Source of the DNA: Octopus bimaculoides
Taxonomy: Eukaryota
Direction of reading: 5' to 3'
DNA: 64,000 bases
Assembly (NCBI RefSeq): GCF_001194135.2
Contig: NC_069004.1
Span: 10,318,109 to 10,382,108, forward strand
Under the pieces are notes generated by a model that was not told where the DNA came from, did no database searches, and saw nothing but the letters and a program-made list of their open reading frames with translations. Position 1 is the stretch's first letter; the number at the start of each line of letters is the position of its first letter. Positions 1 through 11,661 of this stretch are shown here, one piece after another. Both the position numbers and the translations under genes were made by a program.

Positions 1-33
<33 letters not shown>

Positions 34-185
34 TATATGACGGGCTTCTTTCAGTTTCCGTCTACCAAATCCACTCATAAGGCTTTGATCGGCCCGAGGC
101 TATAGTAGAAGACACTTGCCCAAGGTGCCACGCAGTGGGACTGAACCCGGAACCATGTGGTTGGTAAGCAAGCTACTTACCACAA
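1..185 (-). mobile_element. SINE family 1 head (tRNA-like), partial
   Basis: Reverse complement of the 28055 copy head. Confidence 0.8.
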
Positions 186-824
186 GCCATTCAACCAGGA
201 GGGAAGACAATACCTAAGACTTCCATGACACATTATAGGGTCCCCAACACTAATGGGAGAAGGACAGAGAGGTGTTCCCAAACTAGAAACTTGGCCTGAA
301 TGTTTCAAACAGTGGTGGTGGCAGTGGTAACCCTTTAGCATTTAAACCGGCCATATCCGGTCAAAATATTCTATTTGTTTTATGTTCAGACTGGTCAGCC
401 CAGACTATCACATCTACTGCACAATGTCAGCCTAAAGATAATCACATCATCGAAATCTTGAAGCTACAAGATAAGGCATGGTTAATTCAAAACGATGTGA
501 ATAAATAAGCATTATATTTGACAGAGCAATCTGAATACTAAAAGATTAAATAAAGCAGATGGCCAAATTTGAACTTAAGACACCATAAAGTATCCAGTCC
601 CATGTTCAAATCCCACCTGATCCACTACTTTCCCTTGGTGTTTTTAAGGATGAAAAGCCAAGGTTGACTTAGGTGGATTTTTGAACTTAGCGTAGAGAGA
701 ATCAGAACAAATACCACAACACGTTATACCTGACACTCCACTGATTCTTGCCAATTTTTCATCTTTCTGGTATTCTTAAGAAATAGTTGGAAAGTAAATA
801 ACATTGTTTGTTTTTTTTTTTTTT

Positions 825-1756
825 NNNNNNNNNNNNNNNNNNNNNNNNNNNNNNNNNNNNNNNNNNNNNNNNNNNNNNNNNNNNNNNNNNNNNNNNNNNN
901 NNNNNNNNNNNNNNNNNNNNNNNNNNNNNNNNNNNNNNNNNNNNNNNNNNNNNNNNNNNNNNNNNNNNNNNNNNNNNNNNNNNNNNNNNNNNNNNNNNNN
1001 NNNNNNNNNNNNNNNNNNNNNNNNNNNNNNNNNNNNNNNNNNNNNNNNNNNNNNNNNNNNNNNNNNNNNNNNNNNNNNNNNNNNNNNNNNNNNNNNNNNN
1101 NNNNNNNNNNNNNNNNNNNNNNNNNNNNNNNNNNNNNNNNNNNNNNNNNNNNNNNNNNNNNNNNNNNNNNNNNNNNNNNNNNNNNNNNNNNNNNNNNNNN
1201 NNNNNNNNNNNNNNNNNNNNNNNNNNNNNNNNNNNNNNNNNNNNNNNNNNNNNNNNNNNNNNNNNNNNNNNNNNNNNNNNNNNNNNNNNNNNNNNNNNNN
1301 NNNNNNNNNNNNNNNNNNNNNNNNNNNNNNNNNNNNNNNNNNNNNNNNNNNNNNNNNNNNNNNNNNNNNNNNNNNNNNNNNNNNNNNNNNNNNNNNNNNN
1401 NNNNNNNNNNNNNNNNNNNNNNNNNNNNNNNNNNNNNNNNNNNNNNNNNNNNNNNNNNNNNNNNNNNNNNNNNNNNNNNNNNNNNNNNNNNNNNNNNNNN
1501 NNNNNNNNNNNNNNNNNNNNNNNNNNNNNNNNNNNNNNNNNNNNNNNNNNNNNNNNNNNNNNNNNNNNNNNNNNNNNNNNNNNNNNNNNNNNNNNNNNNN
1601 NNNNNNNNNNNNNNNNNNNNNNNNNNNNNNNNNNNNNNNNNNNNNNNNNNNNNNNNNNNNNNNNNNNNNNNNNNNNNNNNNNNNNNNNNNNNNNNNNNNN
1701 NNNNNNNNNNNNNNNNNNNNNNNNNNNNNNNNNNNNNNNNNNNNNNNNNNNNNNNN
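825..1756. other. Assembly gap; others at 11135-11383, 13226-13405, 18834-18842, 35441-35456, 40838-41157, 50475-50995, 54913-55230, 56339-56977, 60905-61272
   Basis: Runs of N, mostly next to microsatellites or young repeats; the exon chain stays in frame across all of them. Confidence 1.
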
Positions 1757-3790
1757 ATCATCGTCATTTAATGTCCGCTTTCCATGTTGGCAATGGGTTG
1801 TACAGTTTGACTGAGGACTGGTGAGCAAGAAGGCTGCATCAGGATCAATCTGGCAAAGCTTCTACGACGATCAGGTTCAAATGATGCTTTTTTACATGCC
1901 ACCGGTACGGGAGTCAATCTATGGGCCTGGCAACAATCACGCTCGAATGTGCTTTTAATGTTCCACTGGCACAAGTGCCAATCAGGCAGTACTGTCATCG
2001 GCCACGTCAGCGATTTTGAGATATATATATATATATATATATATATTACTGGTATATTTATGACTGACAAAGTCAACTATCTTTGACAATATCTGAACTT
2101 AAAACATGATTGAAAGGGGCTTGCAAATATGCCCACTGCCACAACTCAGCCCTAATAATAATAATAAAGGGTTTCCAAGCTAGGAACAAGGCCACACATT
2201 TTGGAACAATCAATTATATCACCCTCACAGTACTTAATTGGGACATTTCATTGAGACCAGACAGCTGAAAGGCGAAGTTGACTTCAGTGTGATTTGAACT
2301 CAGAATGTTAAGGGATGCAGTACCACAAGGCATTTTATTTACCATATACCAATTTTGCACAAGTCTACAGAGTTAAAGGGAGATAGTAGCAACAGATTAA
2401 ATCAGCCCTAGTAAATGACTGGTACTTACTTTACCACCACCACACAGTTGTAATTAAAAACATGCAATGACTTTAACGATATATTTCAATTAGAAATATA
2501 GAAAAGGTTAATGCGTTGGTGTTTGGAGCCTAAAAGTCTTTCTTGCATAAAATAATGGAGACAACCGGACATTAGGAGATGACAGCATAGCAGAGATGGG
2601 GACAGACAAGTAGCCAGCCCAAAAGATGTACAGGAAAAAGAATAGCCGACAAAGAAAGAGATAGTGAGATGAAGAAGGACACGTACAAGGAGACTGCATG
2701 ACAAAAAATACATATAAGGAGGAGAGAGCTTGATATAAGGGACTGCTTGAGACAGGAGACTGCCAAGAGAGAAAGAGGCGTACAAGGGAATGACAACCTG
2801 AGAGAGAAAGAGCCGGACATAGAAAATGTGGAAAGGAGACAGCTAGATAAAGGACATGCAAAAATATTTTGTCATAAGCAAAGTAAACAGTTTTCTGAAT
2901 TTCTTCAATCTCGTCTACGTTAAAAACTCAAAATTCTGTCTGGGACCCCTGTATCTCAGTCTACATTTGCTCTACATAGGCACATATCTTTTTGGAATCG
3001 GGATGACTCTGGAATTGAAAATCTGCCCTTCATTTGGTTTTTGAACATCCAGCATTGGGATCTGATTTAAAAGCATTTGGGTCGCTATTTCTAGCAGGTA
3101 AAGCTTGGCTAATTCACGCCATCTTGGCTGGCGTTTGTCAGAGACCAAAGGGGAGATAAATGACATTCTCTTCATTAATTCTACATCGAGATAAGAACTT
3201 TGGGACAAATTGGCCAACAGTTGGAATTCAACTTGAAACTGGAACAATAGAATGATTGCATTAAACACCACTGAGACATATAGTCATTATAGATGTATTA
3301 TAGTCATGCTATTCAGTTTTAGGCTGCAGGCCGGATTACCCTTCCACAGGAGTTGGCTTAAAAGTCTACACAGAATGCAGCTTTTAAGCTAGTTTCAAAT
3401 AAAATCACAGACCTCCATAAGAGGTCAGAGTGAAATGAAATGGAGAGTAGTTAGAGGCATCCTGAAGAGGGAAAAAAACAAAACCCCTCTAACATTTCAG
3501 ACAGAGGGCTCTTCAGCTAAGAGAGAATTACTCTCACAGAAATACAGAGGTGGTTCTTGTTGGGCCGCACCAATTACTACTTATTCACTTCAATTCTTGT
3601 GGCTATCTTTGACATCTTAATACAACAGTATGAGCCAAAGAGGGAGCCTATACACAGCCATTCAACTTGCTTGAAATAGTAGCCAAGCGTCACTCAAAAC
3701 ACACACTACCATCTTTAAGAAAAGAAGGACACATTGTATAACTAAGTTTTAAATATACTGCCACTAAGCAGAGGTGTACTTGACAAAGGG

Positions 3791-3831
<41 letters not shown>

Positions 3832-4125
3832 TACATACATATATACATACAATACAATACAGCAACACATCTCCTGAGAAGCCACAGTCACATCTTTGTT
3901 CGCGTTCAATGCTAGTCACTATTGTTAGTATTTAAATATAAATAAAACATGAACAAAAAAACAAAAAACAAAGCAACGAAACAAAATTCTGTGTCAATTC
4001 TGAAATGGATTAGTTGTTAAAATAATAAAAAACAAAACCATGAAAACAACAACAAATAAATAAATAAATATATAAAAGCATCCTAAAGCAGGACGCAATG
4101 ACTTGGTTATGAATGTTTTTCTTAC

Positions 4126-4182
4126 TTGCATACACAAGTGTGGAGATGCCTGAGAACACATCATCACGTTAAATAAATTCAG
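4126..4182 (-). other. UPF2: Candidate UPF2 exon 40 (1 coding nt, TGA, then 3'UTR); may extend further as the terminal exon
   Basis: Strong acceptor TGTTTCTTTGTAAATTTCAG| at 4183; joining AA|C TGA gives ...FGSN*; U-rich sequence follows; possible donor CAA|GTAAGA at 4126/4125. Confidence 0.45.
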
Positions 4183-4330
4183 CTGAAATTTACAAAGAAA
4201 CAATACAATACATTGGCTAACAGAGTGGTTAATTAGAGATAATAGCACACAGCATAAAGAATTTGTTAATTATTTAACCTTGATGTGCATGCATGCTGTG
4301 GAGTTTTCTAAAGGACCGAAAGCCTTTAGC

Positions 4331-4382
<52 letters not shown>

Positions 4383-4514
4383 GAGCTTCTTCCAGTTTCC
4401 TTCTATACCAAATCCACCCAGAAGGTGCCATGATGCAGGGGCACAGAACCTAAAACCATGTGATTAGAGAGAAAACTAACAACACACCCACACATATACA
4501 TATGAATGAATGGA

Positions 4515-4530
4515 CAGATAGATAGATAAT

Positions 4531-4570
<40 letters not shown>

Positions 4571-4640
4571 AAGGCGAATAGATAGAGAGATAGGTACGTG
4601 AATAGATATATGGATAGGTGAATAGATAGATGTTATGAGA
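4515..4640. repeat. (GATA)n microsatellite, degenerate; many other (TA)n, (CA)n, (TAA)n, (GAT)n, (TAC)n arrays in the window
   Basis: Direct reading. Confidence 0.9.
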
Positions 4641-5423
4641 TGCATGGTGGCCTCACTAGTGTCAGTGACATGGAAAAGGAACTCAGTACAGTTTGTAAAA
4701 TGGATAACATTGGGAAGAGATCCAGCTATAGAATGAATGGATAGGCGAAAAGATAGATAGACACACGAGTGAATAGATAGATAGACAGATATGTTGTAAA
4801 TATACTCATATTTTATTATGATGCCAAAGGTATTAAAATTTAATCAAAGCTGGTATCTGAGACCAGTAACTAAAGAGTTTCTATTTTATCTCCTGCTCTA
4901 ACAGAGTTGAATCAGGTCATTCACCACTACCACCACCTTCCTCTGTTTAATGTACACACCCCATAAAGAATATACTATATGCAGGTGTAATGTTGTTGTT
5001 TAGTCCCAGCAGTCCTATATTCCATACATAACCATCCTGTGATCTACTTACAACCTTATCTGAAGTCGATTTGGCTATCATTTATAACAGTCAAGTAACT
5101 AAATAAAGGCTCTCCTGTTGATTCAAGAATGCAAAATTATCTTAAAACCAGTAATTGAAAATACTGTCATACCACTGATGGTTTACAGAGGTCAAGAGCA
5201 TAGAAGATGCCTCTTCCATGACCAAGTCAGCCTGGCAGAACCCATCCAAAGCAAACTGGAGCCTGGTGCAGTGTCTCTGGCTTACTGGCTCCAGTCAAAC
5301 TCCCTAACCCCCATTCCTGCATGGAAAATGGATGCTAAATGATGATGTGTCAAATGTATATAAACCAGCAGACAAATAAATGCAGTAGAAATTGTGGCAA
5401 CTGAAATGCATTTAGTCTGGTGC

Positions 5424-5519
5424 TTTTATAGTCAGTGTCCCTTTTACAGTCAGTGTCCCTTTTACAGTCAGTGTCCCTTTTACAGTCAGTGTCCCTTTTA
5501 CAGTCAGTGTCCCTTTTAC
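5424..5519. repeat. 18-bp minisatellite (TTTTACAGTCAGTGTCCC) x5.3
   Basis: Direct reading; the first unit has one substitution. Confidence 0.95.
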
Positions 5520-5652
5520 TGCCTTATAGAAAGTATTGTTGGGGAGCCATGGAGTGAGTGAAAGACAAACACACAGACATAGACAAGTAATCGTGAATCC
5601 CAACAAACGAGATCAATAATGTGGCACCTGAAGTATGGGAAGCAGTGACAAC

Positions 5653-5768
5653 TCACTTTGATCCGAAGATCAAGTCTGCATCAGGAGCACCCTTGGGGTG
5701 TTGATAACGTACACGTCTCTCCCTGTTAGTGTTCACAGGTGCTGGTCTGTTGAGGGCAGCTAACATCT
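5653..5768 (-). CDS. UPF2: UPF2 exon 39, last conserved coding exon (stop TGA 5655-5653 if not spliced at 5657/5656)
   Basis: EMLAALNRPAPVNTNRERRVRYQHPKGAPDADLIFGSK*. Confidence 0.94.
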
Positions 5769-8700
5769 CTGGAACAGAAAGTGAAAGAAAAATTCAAAAT
5801 ATAATAATAATAATAATAATAATAATTCAAATTACGACAAACGTAAATAAACTAACGAAGTTTGCTTTTAGAAGCGTTGAGATGTCTTTAGAAAGTTAAA
5901 GAAGTGATTTTAAATTCTCAATCGCAGAATAATGCTAATAATATAGCCTGAACAGGATAAACTACCCCTATTTTGCAGAGAAAAGTGTAGGTGGCTAGCT
6001 GTGGACTCAAACTCACATCCCCATGATTACGCGTCACGATGCTTTGACCGATTAAGCTAAACTACCCACTACAAATTCCTCTGCAAATTAAGATATATAA
6101 TTATAATAATAATAATCATGATAATAATAATAATAATCCTTTCTACTGAAGGCACAAGACCTAAAATTTTGAGGGAGGGGACTAGTTGATTACATCGACC
6201 CCAGTGTTTCACTGGTACTTAATTTATCGACCCCGAAAGGACGAAAGGCAAAGTGGACCTCAGAGGAACTGGAACTTAGAACATGAAGACAGACGAAATA
6301 CCACTAAGCATTTCACCCAGCATGCTAACAATTCTGCCAGCTCACCTCAGCGGAATTTGAACTCAGAACATAAAGAACAAAATGTCGCTAAGCATTTTGC
6401 CTGGCATGCTAACAATTCTGCCAGCTCACCACCTTAAGTAGTAGAGTTTCTGGCACAAGGCCAACAATTTTAAGGGGAGGGGTTAGTCACTACCACTGAC
6501 CCCAGTACTTGGATGGTTCTTTATTTTATTGATCCTGAAAGGATGAAATACAAAGTTGACCATGGCAAGATTTGAACTCAGATGTTGAAGCAGCACAGCA
6601 AATACCATTATGCATTTTCTCTTCCACTACATCAAACTGACCAATCAATCAATTTCATATGTATAGCAGGCTTCCATCCACTGGGCTCACTCAAAAGGCA
6701 TTGATTAACTTGTGGCTACAGTAGAAGACAGACACTTGCCAAGGGTGCTGTGCATTGACATTGAACCCAAAACAAGGTGGCAAAGTGAGTTTCTTGACCA
6801 CACTCCCATACCTAGGCAGATACAGACCACCCTCCTACACACACACATATATTTCTAAAACTATTATTACCTTGATAATCTTCCTCTTCTTGTCGTTCAT
6901 GGATACCAAGGACAACCTGTTTCATCTGTTCTTTCTCCGCTCGCTCAGCCTGAACAACAAAAAAATAAGAAAACAAGAAATGTGTACAAGTTTTCCTGAA
7001 GTTTCAATGTTAAACAAACAGAAAATGGAACCATTTTTACAGGATGTTAAAAAGTTAAGGGCCTTAAAAAATACTGGAGGAGAGGCCACCAACCCCTTAT
7101 TTATTTCCAAGCAAGGTAATACTTCTTCATGGCCAGACATGTTTTTGCAGAATATTGAAAATGAAAGACACTTGTTTACAACACTCACACTATGTGAAGA
7201 CAAGGAGACACAAACATACACAGAGAGAGAGGTGGGGGGCGTTTTTTCAGTTTCTAACTACCAAATCCTCTCACCAGGCTTTGGTTGGACAAGGGCTATA
7301 ATAGAAGACACTTGCCCAAGACGCCATGCAGTGGGAATGAACTCAAAACTGTGTAGTTGGGAAGCAACTTTCTCAACCACATAGCCATGCGTGCATCAGG
7401 TGTAACAGCACTAATACACAGTATCATTGTGAGGGCACAACATTACTCTTTTACTTGTTTCAGTCATTTGACTGCTGCCATGCTGGAGCACCGCCTTTAG
7501 TCGAGCAAATCGACCCCGAGACTTATTCTTTGTAAGCCTAGTACTTATTCTATCGGGTCTCTTTTGCCGAACCGCTAAGTTACGGGGACATAAACACACC
7601 AGCATTGGTTGTCAAGCAATGCTAGAGGAACAAACACAGACACACAAACACACATATATATACATATACATATATACAACAGGCTTCTTTCAGCTTTTGT
7701 CTACCAAATCCACTCTCAAGGCTTTGGTCGGCCCGAAGCTATAGTAGAAGACACTTGCCCAAGGGGCCACACAGGGGGAATGTACCCGGAACCATGTGGT
7801 TGGTAAGCAAGTAACTTACCACACAGCCACTGACAACATTCTTTTAGTTTCCCATACATAAACACATCAAATAACTCACCCGTTCTCGTTCTTTAAATTT
7901 GGCAGCAAACTCAGTAGAAATCGGAACATTCAAGTTGGTATACTGTTAAATAAATAAATATAAAAACACAAATGAAATTAAATACAAACAAATGAAAAGG
8001 ATGTGGCTTAGGGTGTAAAATAAATTCCAGGACCAAATCCTAGCAAAGCTACTGTGGATTAGCTTAACGTTTAACTACAACACCAGCAATAACAACAATT
8101 CCAACTCAGCAAGGGCTTGTGCACATTGTACATGATTGACTGACCTGTTAGAAATAGCAGCCAAGTTTCCTTCCAACTGCACCTTAGCATCTAAGAAAAA
8201 TATAGTTCTAGAGAATCCCCTACAAATGTCTCATGGTCACAACTGGATTCTATTTATCACAAATCTAACTGACAATGGTCAACCAGCAGCTAAACAACTA
8301 TTAACTGACAATGGTCAACCAGCAGCTAAACAACTATTAACTAAGTATAAGGTTAAGAATCAGAATTAAATACTGAAAGTACTCTACTAATCCTGCCAGA
8401 TTGTTGCCATAGTAATAATAATAATAATAATAATGGCCTCTATTTACATGCAAGGCCAGTAGTCTTTGAAGGAATGGGGTTAGCCGACACCCTCAACTCC
8501 AGCACTCAAACAGTGCTTTGTTTATATATCAACACCCCGAAAGGATGAAAGGTAAAGTTAACCTTGGCAGGAATCGAACTCAAAGTGTAAAGAGCCAGAA
8601 CAAATACCACAAGAGTATTTCTTCCGACACAACTTTGCCAATCCACCATCCTACCAATAATAATCCATCTTTTCTGTCCACTATTCCTGAGAGGGGAGTG

Positions 8701-11096
8701 GAGGAAGGGATAGAGCACCTTCTCCACAGACTCCTATCAGAAGCAACCCTCATAACACTTTCCAGCTGGATTCCCAAGTGTGACCAACTGAGACTATGAA
8801 TATTATCCAGCCATTACATTCTTGGTCTGCCTCTAGGTTTCCTGCCAGTTGGCTCAGCTTGGCTTGAAGAATCTGTCTTGCAAATTCTTTCCTGTGACAT
8901 TCTAATCACATGTCTGTTACCCCAAAGCTGTGACCTTTCAATGCAGAGAATTAGCTGCTCAACATGGAGAGACTCCTTGATATCTGAGCTATGCATCTTG
9001 TTGAGTGACATTACTCCAGAAACCCTAATGTAGGGTCAACCACAGCAAAGATTTTACGTTGGAGAAAAACTAAAATCAAGTGATTTGTAAAAGAGACAGA
9101 AAGATAAAATATATCAATCCATAATTACAGATATTTTGTAAGAACTTACCTGTTGTTTGTTGCCCTTCTTTGTCATAAGTACAAACTTTATGGTATCATT
9201 ATATTCAATGTTATTCTGAGGGAATGTAACTAAAAGAAATAAAATTATAAAAAAAAGAATTCATTAACCTACACAAAGACAGAACCAAATTATTTAGATT
9301 CTACAAAAAATTCAACCAGAAATGAGTTTAGTGATTGTACATGTGTTTCAATAGTGACGTTATTTATGCAACAATGGGGTAATAATTATGTCCCATCATT
9401 TTATATTTTCGCATAACCACACCATTTTATCAGGCAACTACAGTTTGATCTGATCTCATGTCAAATATTAGTATTGCATGTTTCATAACACAACTTCACA
9501 ATTAGCTCAACAGACTTTAGAGAACAACACAATAGAAAATGCACTCGGCATCATTCATGTTTTACTCAAATTAAAAAAAAAACAATAACAATTGATACAA
9601 AATAAGCAAAAGCTTTACATATTTAAGCCCTAGACTCCAGCTAAGAAGATCTGAAGAAGGAACTGTAATTCCGAAATATCATCGGACTATAGATAACCAA
9701 ATTACGACAGGTATATAGTGCATTTTTGTACCATTCTAAACTTTTTATTCTTTAGGAAAATGAATTTATAAAAAAAAATAACAAGAAAATGGTGAAGCCT
9801 AGACATTTAAAAAAAAATAATACAAAGATCAAAGTAATATATTCTAAGAGAAATAGGTTTTTGGCTGAGTCTATATTGGTCAAACATTATGTGGAATATA
9901 ATACTTACATTGCTTACGCACTTGTCCCCTCAGATGCATTGGAACAGCAATGTCCAATTGTGGTACCTTCAATGACTCTTGAGATCTGGCCTGCAATTGA
10001 CAATAACATCACAAACATTACCAAAAGTGAATCACCACCTTGTCCCATGTCTTTCTGGGCCTACCTCTACCACAGGTTCCCTCCACAGTTAGAGACCAGC
10101 ACTTCACACAGCTGTCCTCATCCATACGCATCACATGACCATACCAGTGCAGTCATCTCTCTTGCACATCACATATGATGCCTCTTATGCCCAACTTTTT
10201 TCTCAAGATGTCCACACTCTGTTGAACATGCACACTGACATAGCACATCCAGTGAAGCATATTGGCTTCATTTCTTTCAAGCCTACACATGTCCTTGACT
10301 GTCACAGCCCATGTTCCACTGCCGTGTAGCATAGCTGTTCACGCACAGGCATCATATAATCTGCCATTCACTCTGAGAGAGAGGCCCTTTGTTGCCAGCA
10401 GAGGTAAGAGTTCTCTGAACTTTGCCCAGCCTAATCTTATTCTCACAGCTACGCTCTCAGAGCATCCACCTCTGCAACTAACTTGGTCACCTAGATAATG
10501 GAAGCTATCTACTACCTCTAGCTTACCCCACTGGCAGTTGATGAAATCTATTTTCTGTACATTTTTGCTATTTATTGTAGATAAACATATATATATATAT
10601 ACATATATATATATAGCCTCATCATCATGTTTATGTCATCTTTCATAGGTATTTATAAAGTCAAATATCCTTGTTTTCAAGTTAACTACTTTATTCCACT
10701 GAATGTTGCATGACATTTACCATCACCAACCAAAATGAAAATTGTAATAATATGAGTTATTTCCAATTTCAGATGTTAATCTGACTGTTTTCTGTACTAA
10801 AAATAAACAAATCAGATCTAAGAACTCCTGTGGAACAGAAAAATGTGACGGAAGCAATTGTTTCCAGAGGTAAGATGTTAATGAATTTTGGACTTGGATT
10901 TTTTATTTAACCCCTGTTCTATAGACATATTTTTTTATTTCATTTCAAGTAATCTCTCAAGTTACATTCACTTAAATTCTAACCTAATAAACAAAGATAT
11001 TTCTGGTTTTCTTTTACTATATTTTTGTGCACCAACACCACAGCCCTCTTCTGCTATAGCCTTGGGCTGACCAAAGCCTTGTGAGTGAATTTGGTA

Positions 11097-11134
<38 letters not shown>

Positions 11135-11621
11135 NNNNNNNNNNNNNNNNNNNNNNNNNNNNNNNNNNNNNNNNNNNNNNNNNNNNNNNNNNNNNNNNNN
11201 NNNNNNNNNNNNNNNNNNNNNNNNNNNNNNNNNNNNNNNNNNNNNNNNNNNNNNNNNNNNNNNNNNNNNNNNNNNNNNNNNNNNNNNNNNNNNNNNNNNN
11301 NNNNNNNNNNNNNNNNNNNNNNNNNNNNNNNNNNNNNNNNNNNNNNNNNNNNNNNNNNNNNNNNNNNNNNNNNNNNNNNNNNNCAAAAGGGTTAATGAAG
11401 AGGGACATACCTGAAGATTATCAGCCATCATTTTATCAAAAGCAGACAAGAAATCTTCATCCTCAGTGCATTTGATATGTTTTGGCCCTCCAGTCAACAC
11501 GGTGACCTGAAAAAGAGAGAGAACAAACAAATCAGAGACAGCAAATAGAGCCTGAGGAGTAGTGTAGTGTGTCATCAATAGTAGTGGCGGTCTGTGTCAT
11601 GAAAAATTATCTCTAAACACA

Positions 11622-11661
<40 letters not shown>

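Noticed and set aside
724-1828. Long ORFs (up to 350 aa) here and across the other N runs
   Set aside because: Artefacts of translating assembly gaps and adjoining microsatellites.
2486-2861. Overlapping minus-strand ORFs in all three frames
   Set aside because: The minus strand is strongly pyrimidine-rich here, which suppresses stop codons; the translations are low-complexity Leu/Ser/Phe/Cys.
2972-3271. 99-aa minus-strand ORF that looks protein-like
   Set aside because: No recognisable homology; joined to exon 39 in the required phase it reads a different, short frame. More likely 3'UTR or a decayed element; a BLASTX search would settle it.
5424-5519. Regular short repeats as a possible CRISPR array (also 62451-62603)
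   Set aside because: No unique spacers, eukaryotic context, no cas genes; simple minisatellites.
6755-7384. 209-aa plus-strand ORF
   Set aside because: Antisense to exon 38 and stitched from two SINE fragments; no recognisable domain.
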